Source: Candidatus Helarchaeota ASGARD archaeon Hel_GB_B (GTDB lineage Archaea; Asgardarchaeota; Lokiarchaeia; Helarchaeales; HEL-GB-B). Taken from it: a stretch of 19,610 nucleotides of DNA. This document shows, in pieces, positions 1-7,282 of this stretch (its first letter is position 1; each line of letters begins with the position of its first letter). The stretch spans positions 1-19,610 of the forward strand of contig SUPR01000069.1 in assembly GCA_005191425.1 (NCBI GenBank), in the 5' to 3' direction. The notes beneath the pieces are model-generated. The model worked only from the letters and a program-made list of their open reading frames with translations. It made no database searches and was not told the origin of the DNA. A program made the translations under genes and the position numbers.

Positions 1-138
1 AGATTCGAAAATTTGTTAAATATATATTATTCACTAAGAGGGTGGGATAACAACGGAATCCCAAAAAAAGAAAGTCTCAATAGGTTCGGACTTCAATTCA
101 CTTTAAAAGAAATCGAAAAAATAAGGCAATCTAAATAA
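1..138 (+). CDS. Aldehyde:ferredoxin oxidoreductase family protein, C-terminal fragment (gene runs off the left edge)
   Basis: Frame 1 is open from base 1 to TAA at 136-138 and reads RFENLLNIYYSLRGWDNNGIPKKESLNRFGLQFTLKEIEKIRQSK*. This matches the L-x2-YY-x2-RGWD-x2-GIP-x2-E-x-L-x2-(L/F)GL C-terminal signature of tungsten AOR/FOR/WOR enzymes. Absent from the ORF track. Confidence 0.85.
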   Translation, partial: RFENLLNIYYSLRGWDNNGIPKKESLNRFGLQFTLKEIEKIRQSK

Positions 139-476
139 ATTAAGATAATATAAAATATCTAATTTATTTAAAAATAAAGAAAAACCATGAATTCAAGAAT
201 AAACTTCGATTTCAGATGGAGTTTTTATATTTTAAGAGTTATAATTTTATTTTAAATCAATAATCCGGCATTAATAGGACCTAAATTACACGATTTTTCG
301 TAATAATTGAATTGTTTAAACACAATTCGTTAAATAAATAAGCTGTTAATTTTTTTGTTAAGTTTATATCATCAATCAAAAATAAAAATTCATTAGATTT
401 TCAAACGGAAGGAACTTATTTAATAAAATACGAAAAACTCAAGTATATAAAGAAAAAATTATAAAAAATATTAATA

Positions 477-764
477 CTATTTCTCTTGATATTCAGTTTT
501 TTCCAACTTTTCTTGGAGTTTTATTATTTGTTTTTGTACTTCCAAGAGTTGTTTTTGCTGCTCTAGTAATACATTCATCACCATAACCTCGAATATGACG
601 GGCCTGTTAGATATTGAACCTGCATCCCCATGAAGCCGTGCACTATTAAGTATTATATCAAGTATGCTCTTGTCCTCTTTTCTAAGAGCAGTCCCATACC
701 CTTTTCTCCAAAATAGAATCTCTTTTTCTAATGCCATCCTAAAAGTCGGAACAGTTCGGCCCAT
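477..764 (-). CDS. Small helical protein of the MGRT(V/Q)P(T/S) family usually encoded next to PolB2/Dpo2 (arCOG07300-like), with a C-terminal coiled coil
   Basis: ATG start. N-terminus MGRTVPTFRMALEKE, internal 'PVIFEVMVMNVLLEQQK' segment and Q/K/E heptad tail. Family assignment is from recalled similarity to archaeal PolB2-operon small proteins and was not searched. Confidence 0.65.
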   Translation of the reverse strand: MGRTVPTFRMALEKEILFWRKGYGTALRKEDKSILDIILNSARLHGDAGSISNRPVIFEVMVMNVLLEQQKQLLEVQKQIIKLQEKLEKTEYQEK

Positions 765-965
765 ATTAAATTATACTAATTTTTGCGCATAAAAAAAATT
801 TCAAAACAATTAATTCTTTTGAATAAACAGTCAGCATAATTAGAGATAATTAAAAGTAAGAAAAAAATCAATTACAGTTAAAATAATATCTTTATCACAA
901 AAAATACAGTTCATTTGTAAAAGGAGGTATACATAATTAAAAAAAAAGAAAAATAAAATCCGAAT

Positions 966-2147
966 TTATTTTTTTATTCTTTTTACTAATTCTCTTTGAA
1001 TTATAAATTTTTGAATATCTGTTGTACCACCGACTACCCACATTACTGGTGCCATACGGTGTGCGCACATAACCAGTCCAGTCCTATCAGTTATTGCTTC
1101 ACCTGCAAGTGTTTGTAATGCATGATTTGTCACTGAAAGTTCCATTTCAGTCCCATTTGCAAAAGCCATGGACGATGCAATAGGAGCAGTAACTTCATCA
1201 CCGGCATCGACATACCTTGCAGCTTCTAAAGTTTGGAGCCGTACAGCCCGGATTTTACTATAATCACCTGCAAGCCTAAAACTGACTCCTTCAAACCCAT
1301 AAATGGGGCGTTTAAATTGCTCTCTTTCTTGAGCATGCTTCATAGCACGGTCAAAAGCCGCCTCTGAATGGCCTACACATGCAGCAGCCATTCCAATACG
1401 TTCTACAACTAATTCGTCCATAAGAATCCAGAAACCTTGGCCTTCTTTTCCCAGAAGATTTTCAGGGGGAACTCGCACGTCTTTAAATTCTAATTCAGCT
1501 ACAGAAGCTCCCTCCATACCTGCTAAATCAAATTCTCTTACTACTTTAAAACCAGGTGTTTTTGATTCTACTAATAAACCTGTAATTTTTTTCCTCGGAT
1601 TTTTTTCGTCCAATGTTTCAAGAACACCATAAACGGACAGAATATCTGCTTTCCCACCATTTGTAATAAACCGCTTACTTCCATTGATTATATAATCATC
1701 GCCGTCCTTATCAATTCTAGTTTGCATTCTTGTTAAATCAGAACCGGCATTTTTCTCGGTCATTGCTATTGCGCCAATCATTTCGCCTTTAATTATTTTT
1801 GGAATATATTTTTTTCTCAATTCAGGTTTAGCATGCTTTGAAATAGGTACACCAAATAAAGTTGCTGAAACAAGTCTAGTCATTTCAATAGCCCCGTTTA
1901 TTCTTGCACTTTCTTCAGCAATTATAGATTCCCATGCCACACCTTTTTCAGTGCCCCCGTATTCTTTGGAATGAATTGACCCTAATAAATTTTTTTTAGC
2001 CATAAGTTTCAATGCTTGTCTTACTTTATCATAGTCACCAGTAATTGCTGGTTTGACTAAAGGAGCGATATTTTCTTCTAGCCAAGGTCTGAGTTCTTCT
2101 TTAAATTGTCTTTCCTCTTCAGTATAAAAGAAACAATCATTACTCAT
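966..2147 (-). CDS. Acyl-CoA dehydrogenase family flavoprotein
   Basis: Motifs GAIAMTEKNAGSD, INGSKRFITNG, F-x-DVRVP-x-ENLLG-x-EGQGF, REQF-x-RPI and GGTTDIQ. The track's start at 2156 is TTG; the ATG at 2147 follows GGTTGA and is the more likely start. Confidence 0.93.
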   Translation of the reverse strand: MSNDCFFYTEEERQFKEELRPWLEENIAPLVKPAITGDYDKVRQALKLMAKKNLLGSIHSKEYGGTEKGVAWESIIAEESARINGAIEMTRLVSATLFGVPISKHAKPELRKKYIPKIIKGEMIGAIAMTEKNAGSDLTRMQTRIDKDGDDYIINGSKRFITNGGKADILSVYGVLETLDEKNPRKKITGLLVESKTPGFKVVREFDLAGMEGASVAELEFKDVRVPPENLLGKEGQGFWILMDELVVERIGMAAACVGHSEAAFDRAMKHAQEREQFKRPIYGFEGVSFRLAGDYSKIRAVRLQTLEAARYVDAGDEVTAPIASSMAFANGTEMELSVTNHALQTLAGEAITDRTGLVMCAHRMAPVMWVVGGTTDIQKFIIQRELVKRIKK

Positions 2148-2373
2148 TGAAATCAACCATTAAATTTAATAATTAAATTAAAAGACTTCAAATCTTTTTA
2201 AATTATTAACGATTATTTACTCATCGATATATATTAAATATTTACTTATTATTGAAAAGATTCCTTAAATAAATATTTTTAAAAAGTGGAAATCAATCAA
2301 AATAGATTAATGTATAATTTTTTTAAAATTAAACCATAGAACTACAACAATTAGACCATCATTGTTAAAAAAG

Positions 2374-3468
2374 TTAAAGAAAAAATAAAATCGGGCCATT
2401 TATAAATAAATTAAACATGCCAGCAAGATAATATCCAATAGTAATAAAAGTCGGCCCGAAAATATTATCACAAATTGGAATTCTTGGGCTAATTATATCT
2501 ATTAGAGTAAAAATTAATGCTGCAATTAATCCATATATTAGACCTACAAAAATCATTGTACTAAGAAATGTAATAATAAACCCACCAACAGACCCTTCGA
2601 TGGATTTTACATTGTTAAATGGTATTTTATGCCACCCAAATCGTTTCCCAATTAATGCATATGAACTGTCGCCAAAGGATAAAGTTGCTAAGATTGCTAA
2701 AATAGGAAGGGTTGATAAAAGTAATGATGAAAAAATCATTCCAATTGCAAAATAAATATATGATGCAAAAGTCATAAATTCTTTTTCTCTAACAAACAAT
2801 TTTGCCGAGCTCGAAAATGGAAAATGTAATTTATTATTCAATCTAGCACCTTCGTTCATCAACATTAAAATAGATGCCACAAGAAAAAAACTTAACAAAA
2901 AAACACTGGCTGGAGCTAAGTTTGTAAAAGAGTCATAGTGATTTAATGGGTCTTTTAAATTTGGGCCTAGAAAATTGATTAAAATCTCGTATACCATAAT
3001 GTCATGAGTATTTAAATACATATAATTCAAGATAAGAATAGATACATATAAAAAAATTAAAATTCCAAAAAAAATGATAAAATGGAATATTTTCCTTAAA
3101 AATTCGAAATTTTTATGCGTTACCCCAAGCGATTTTATTTGTTTTGAGGGATTATTTTTAATTTTTTTAAGTTTTTTATAAATTATAGCAAGCAAATTAT
3201 ATATCCCAAAAAATGAAAAAAGAATCGATATTATTAATATAACAAGAACATCAGTAGGATATACAGTGATTAATTTAAAATAATAAAATAATATAAGACA
3301 TGTGATTAAAATAATTATTGCGAGGATGATACTGTAAAAACTCTCTTTATTGTGGTCTTTATAGGATTTCGATATTTGACTCGATAAAATGACTATCATA
3401 AAGATAAATGCTAAAGTTAGAAGGAAGTAAGAAATTATTACTATTATATCATACATTTTTCTCAACAA
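2374..3468 (-). CDS. Multi-pass membrane CTP-dependent polyprenol/dolichol/phytol kinase-like protein (SEC59/DGK1/VTE5, cytidylyltransferase family)
   Basis: About 10 hydrophobic segments, an RKIFH motif, and the C-terminal CTP-binding signature GDSSYALIGKRFG...KSIEGS. Start is TTG 3468 or ATG 3456. Confidence 0.8.
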   Translation of the reverse strand: MLRKMYDIIVIISYFLLTLAFIFMIVILSSQISKSYKDHNKESFYSIILAIIILITCLILFYYFKLITVYPTDVLVILIISILFSFFGIYNLLAIIYKKLKKIKNNPSKQIKSLGVTHKNFEFLRKIFHFIIFFGILIFLYVSILILNYMYLNTHDIMVYEILINFLGPNLKDPLNHYDSFTNLAPASVFLLSFFLVASILMLMNEGARLNNKLHFPFSSSAKLFVREKEFMTFASYIYFAIGMIFSSLLLSTLPILAILATLSFGDSSYALIGKRFGWHKIPFNNVKSIEGSVGGFIITFLSTMIFVGLIYGLIAALIFTLIDIISPRIPICDNIFGPTFITIGYYLAGMFNLFINGPILFFL

Positions 3469-3727
3469 GATTATTCTATTTCTTTTTTTATTCCTAATTA
3501 ATTTATAAAATATTGTTTATATTAGTTAGACCATTAAATATTTAATAATTTTTTACCATAAATTAATAATTGATTTAAAAAGTTATAATTTAATTGATAA
3601 GTGAACCATTTAAAGACATAACGTAAAATTTCAAAAACCCTTAAATTTACAATTTTTTATTTAAAATTATATTTAATTGGGTCATTTTACAAAATAATAA
3701 ATATTATTTTTAGGAAATGGTTTAAAA

Positions 3728-4180
3728 ATGTTTAAATTAGAAGAAAAAGAAGTAATATTAGATGCAATAGATAGAAAAATTCTAAAATATCTAGCAAATA
3801 ATTCAAGGTCGAGCTATAAAACTATGGCTAAAAAAATTGGTATATCAGAAACTACAGTTAAAAATAGAATTGTAAAATTAATTAATAATAAAGTTATCAA
3901 GAAATTTACCATCAAAATTGATTTCAGAAAAATTGGGCAAAGCGTTGGTTGGATTTTAAAATTAGTTGTTGATCCTTTTAAAATTCAAGAAATCGTTGAA
4001 AAATTGTCTTCTTTTGATAATATTGTTTCCATTTATGAAGGAGCGGGTATTGAAAATTTAATCGTTAAAGGATATCTAAAAAATATGACTGAAATTAATC
4101 AATTTCTAAAAAATATTATTTATTCTTTTAAAGGAGTAAATGAAGCCAAGCTGGAAATATTAATTAATGAAATAAAATGA
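3728..4180 (+). CDS. Lrp/AsnC family transcriptional regulator
   Basis: N-terminal HTH LDAIDRKILKYLANNSRSSYKTMAKKIGISETTVKNRIVKL, linker IKKFTIKID, C-terminal RAM-like domain; 150 aa. Confidence 0.92.
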   Translation: MFKLEEKEVILDAIDRKILKYLANNSRSSYKTMAKKIGISETTVKNRIVKLINNKVIKKFTIKIDFRKIGQSVGWILKLVVDPFKIQEIVEKLSSFDNIVSIYEGAGIENLIVKGYLKNMTEINQFLKNIIYSFKGVNEAKLEILINEIK

Positions 4181-4196
4181 GAAATAAAAAGTTGTT

Positions 4197-5651
4197 ATGG
4201 AGGCAGGTTTTTTGGTAGATATAGAATTCGGTACTGATGGATGGAGGTCCATAATGGATAAAGAACATTTTAATTTACAGAATGTTTCAATAGTAGGTCA
4301 AGCTATTTCTAATTATTTAGAAAGTGAGAAATTAATTTCTAAACCTATATTAGTCGGTTATGACACGAGAAATAATTCTAGATTATTTGGAGAAACAATA
4401 AGTCGTGTATTAATTGCGAATAATATTCAAGTTAAATTGACAAATTCAGATGTCCCAACACCTGTTGTTGCATTTTTGGTCTTGCATTTTAAAGCAGGGG
4501 GTGCAGTAATGATTACCGCATCACATAACCCTCCGGAATATAATGGAATAAAATTTATTCCCCATTATGCTAGCCCAGCAATGCCAGATATCACAAATAA
4601 ATTGATGAAAGAAATAAAATTAATTCAATCTAACAATCTATCAATAAATAAATTTGAGGGGGAATTAAAAAATTCATCAAACTTCAATGAATTTGACCCA
4701 ACTGAATTATATATCGATAATTTACTTAAAAAAATAGATGTTAAGAGCATTAAAGAAGAAAATTATATTGTTGCAATAGACCCCTTATTTGGTACTTCAA
4801 GGACTTATTTAAAATTAATATTGAAAAAATTAAATTGTAAAATTCATGCAATTCATGACAATTTGGACCCAAATTTCGGAGGTAAAATGCCAAACCCAAA
4901 TTCTGAGATATTAAAGGACTTGAGTAATCTTGTATTGGAAAAAAATGCGGATATTGGAATGGCATGTGATGGAGATGGTGATAGAAGTGGAATTATTGAT
5001 GATAAAGGTAATTTTATTGATGCAAATTATTTATTTGGGCTTTTATTTAAATATAATCTTGATAGAGGTTTAACTGGTGATACTGTACGCACTGTAAGCA
5101 CTACTCATTTAATTGATAAAATTGCAGAAGATTATAATTTACATGTATATGAGACACCAGTGGGGTCAAAATATATTGGACTGTATATGCGAGAAAAAAA
5201 TCTATTAATTGGAGGGGAGAGTTCAGGTGGATTGATGTTTCGCGGCCATACACCTGAAAAAGATGGTATTTTTACGAATATGAAAATTCTTGAGATGATG
5301 GCATTTTATAAAAAGAGTTTATCAGCTCTTTTAAAAGATTTAATTGATAGATATGGTAAAATTTATTTTAAACAAATAGACATAGAATGTGACGATAAAT
5401 TAAAGGACAAAATACTAAATAAATTAAGTAAAATCCTCCCTAACACATTTGCAGGGTTAACAGTTGAGAAAAAAATCGAAATTGACGGGTTCAAATTTGT
5501 TTTAAATGATGGAAGTTGGTTATTAATTAGAAAATCAGGTACTGAACCATTATTAAGATTATATTGTGAATCTACAGATGATTCAACATTAGAAAAATTA
5601 ATTAAGGAGGGAAAAAACTTTATAATTTCGGCACAAAAGCAATTTTCATGA
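4197..5651 (+). CDS. Alpha-D-phosphohexomutase (phosphomannomutase/phosphoglucomutase/phosphoglucosamine mutase family)
   Basis: FGTDGWR, catalytic phosphoserine loop ITASHNP, metal loop DGDGDR, sugar loop GGESSGG and C-terminal IRKSGTEPLLRLYCE. Starts 16 nt after the Lrp stop, so a likely operon. Confidence 0.95.
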   Translation: MEAGFLVDIEFGTDGWRSIMDKEHFNLQNVSIVGQAISNYLESEKLISKPILVGYDTRNNSRLFGETISRVLIANNIQVKLTNSDVPTPVVAFLVLHFKAGGAVMITASHNPPEYNGIKFIPHYASPAMPDITNKLMKEIKLIQSNNLSINKFEGELKNSSNFNEFDPTELYIDNLLKKIDVKSIKEENYIVAIDPLFGTSRTYLKLILKKLNCKIHAIHDNLDPNFGGKMPNPNSEILKDLSNLVLEKNADIGMACDGDGDRSGIIDDKGNFIDANYLFGLLFKYNLDRGLTGDTVRTVSTTHLIDKIAEDYNLHVYETPVGSKYIGLYMREKNLLIGGESSGGLMFRGHTPEKDGIFTNMKILEMMAFYKKSLSALLKDLIDRYGKIYFKQIDIECDDKLKDKILNKLSKILPNTFAGLTVEKKIEIDGFKFVLNDGSWLLIRKSGTEPLLRLYCESTDDSTLEKLIKEGKNFIISAQKQFS

Positions 5652-5696
5652 TAAAGGATATCCACTAATCAATACAATTTTTTTTACAAATTATAT

Positions 5697-5912
5697 TTAT
5701 TTCTTTTCGGACAGCCACCATTTAAGATATTCTTTTTTTCGCTGCTCTTCTTTCCAGCCATTTCCTCTTGCTTCATCGATATAATTTTTGTACTTTTCTC
5801 TCATTTTCTCGATTTCTTTGTACTTTAATGCTAATCCACATCTTTGGCAAATATACCTTCTTTGGCTGCCGTCCCATTTCATATAACCGGCACATTCTGG
5901 ACAAACTGGTAT
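5697..5912 (-). CDS. Small archaeal CxxC...CxxC zinc-finger protein (71 aa) with a basic helix and a KEYLKWWLS tail; probable ATA start
   Basis: Upstream of the track's ATG (5882) the frame continues as ATA-CCA-GTT-TGT-CCA-GAA-TGT-GCC-GGT-TAT (I-P-V-C-P-E-C-A-G-Y). This supplies the first CxxC to pair with CQRC. AGGTGA lies 6 nt upstream of the ATA at 5912-5910. Confidence 0.8.
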   Translation of the reverse strand: MPVCPECAGYMKWDGSQRRYICQRCGLALKYKEIEKMREKYKNYIDEARGNGWKEEQRKKEYLKWWLSEKK

Positions 5913-5918
5913 TCTAAA

Positions 5919-5924
5919 TCACCT
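5919..5924 (-). promoter_or_regulatory. Shine-Dalgarno AGGTGA for the zinc-finger gene
   Basis: Forward TCACCT at 5919-5924, 6 nt from the ATA codon. Confidence 0.65.
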
Positions 5925-6141
5925 ATTAATGAACTATTTTTCCATTTTAATTTATATTCTTTTTTTTTTCAAAAATTTAAATTTGTGATAATAAAAGATT
6001 TCTATTGGAAATGAATTTTTCCTAAAAATTTGTTATGTGTTTATTTTTTTATTTTATTTTGCTAATAAAAATGTTCTCATTTAATTAAAAATTTTCATCC
6101 TTTTTGAACCTTTTTTGATTTTTTCTTTTCACCTGATTTTT

Positions 6142-6174
6142 GGATATTATTTAGATATTACTCGGATATTTTAA
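6142..6174 (+). repeat. Three GATATT direct repeats at exact 11-bp period (candidate operator) upstream of the GTPase operon
   Basis: GGATATTATTT / AGATATTACTC / GGATATTTTAA, with GATATT starting at 6143, 6154 and 6165. The third copy runs into a TATA-like TTTTAAG at 6169-6175. Confidence 0.5.
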
Positions 6175-6210
6175 GCAATTTCGCGAGAAAATAAAATAAT
6201 TATTAAAGAT

Positions 6211-6215
6211 GGTGA
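6211..6215 (+). promoter_or_regulatory. Shine-Dalgarno GGTGA for the Arf-like GTPase
   Basis: GGTGA at 6211-6215, 7 nt before TTG at 6223. Confidence 0.7.
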
Positions 6216-6222
6216 TTATAAC

Positions 6223-6723
6223 TTGGTCTCGATCAAAACTACATTTATTGGTTATCCAACAGTAGGGAAGACTACTTTGATTGCATTATTAAAAGGGAAA
6301 GTACCTGACTTAAATTATGAGCCAACGATGTTAATTGATTTTGAAACAATTCAAATGAAGGAACATGAAATAAAAATCTGGGATATTGGAGGACAGGCTT
6401 CTTTTGAACCATATTGGGACCAATTTGTTGAAAATTCAGTATTAAATGTGGTAGTTACCGATTCAACACCACAAAATGTTCTAAAAACAAAAATGATTAT
6501 AGAAAAACTGAATAAAGTTAAAGGTTCAAGAACTATTGCTATAGCAAATAAGCAAGATATTGATGGACGCTTGAATTCAAATAGAATTGAAAACATACTT
6601 AGAGTACCTACATATCCAATGGTCGGGATTGACCCAAATAATAGGGAAAAATTATATTATATACTTATTAGAGAGTTATTAATAGCATGCGGGACAGATC
6701 CGAACGAATTAGGTGATATCTAA
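6223..6723 (+). CDS. Arf-like small GTPase (Asgard type)
   Basis: G1 GYPTVGKTT, G2 YEPT, G3 WDIGGQ followed by Arf-like SFEPYWDQF, VVVTDST, G4 ANKQD, and an atypical G5 region PMVGID. TTG start with SD. Confidence 0.9.
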   Translation: MVSIKTTFIGYPTVGKTTLIALLKGKVPDLNYEPTMLIDFETIQMKEHEIKIWDIGGQASFEPYWDQFVENSVLNVVVTDSTPQNVLKTKMIIEKLNKVKGSRTIAIANKQDIDGRLNSNRIENILRVPTYPMVGIDPNNREKLYYILIRELLIACGTDPNELGDI

Positions 6724-6724
6724 A

Positions 6725-7246
6725 ATGGAAATGGAGAATATTAATACAATAGCTTTAATTGGATTTGATATAACAAAAGGGCCTGTTCTTAGATGGAAAA
6801 AAAGTTATAATAAAAACAATATGATAGATGTAGACCAATTTTATACAAATTTTTATGTCATATTTCGCGGCGGAGGTAAATTTAAACCAAAAATGATGGT
6901 ATTCGATCAATTCCAAATAGTAGCGTTTCAAAATGAAATGGATTTATTGTGTGTCTTTTTGGATAACAAAATTAATGAAGAACACTTTAAAGAAATTAAA
7001 AAAATAGCAGAAAAAGAAAGTTCCAAATTCATTTCCAGTTCTACTAAATTAGAAACGGAATCGGACCTAATAAAAGAAAAATTAATTCAACTCCTAAAAG
7101 AACAAGAAAAATTAACAATAAAACAATTAAAAAAGCATTTTCCACTATCCTATTGGACGATTAGAAGATACCTGACAGATCTGGAAGAAGACGGCATAAT
7201 CGTACGAGATAAAGAACATAAAGAACATTTATGGTCAGTAAAATGA
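6725..7246 (+). CDS. Longin/uDENN-like N-terminal domain fused to a C-terminal DeoR-like winged helix-turn-helix
   Basis: N-terminus IALIGFDITKGPVLRW resembles the F-x4-GP beta-hairpin of longin/uDENN/Npr2 domains; predicted order beta-beta-alpha-beta-beta-beta-alpha. C-terminus LTIKQLKKHFPLSYWTIRRYLTDLEEDGIIVR matches the DeoR-type S-x2-TIRR-x-L-x2-LE-x2-G HTH. The track's GTG at 6713 lies inside the SD AGGTGA (6711-6716); the likely start is ATG 6725. Confidence 0.7.
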   Translation: MEMENINTIALIGFDITKGPVLRWKKSYNKNNMIDVDQFYTNFYVIFRGGGKFKPKMMVFDQFQIVAFQNEMDLLCVFLDNKINEEHFKEIKKIAEKESSKFISSSTKLETESDLIKEKLIQLLKEQEKLTIKQLKKHFPLSYWTIRRYLTDLEEDGIIVRDKEHKEHLWSVK

Positions 7247-7282
7247 ATTTCATTTGAAATTGTTTCTTTTTTCTCTCTTTAT
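7247..7282. terminator. Short convergent intergenic gap with a T-rich tract, possible archaeal oligo-T terminator for the + strand operon
   Basis: TGTTTCTTTTTTCTCTCTTT follows the stop at 7246; 36 nt separate the convergent stop codons. Confidence 0.35.

Noticed and set aside
41-69. GGGAT-N9-ATCCC hairpin followed by an A-run, resembling a terminator
   Set aside because: It lies inside the AOR coding frame (GWDNNGIPKK) and is explained by those codons.
309-328. Inverted repeat GAATTGT-N6-ACAATTC
   Set aside because: A 7-bp AT-rich stem with no second copy, no transposase and no target-site duplication; plausible by chance.
920-928. Perfect AAGGAGGT SD-like sequence in intergenic DNA
   Set aside because: No downstream ORF longer than a few codons on that strand, and no rRNA context for an anti-SD reading on the other strand.
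6179-6190. TTTC-GCGA-GAAA mini-palindrome with a GNRA-like loop upstream of the GTPase
   Set aside because: Only 4 bp of stem and a single occurrence; too short to call an operator or RNA hairpin.
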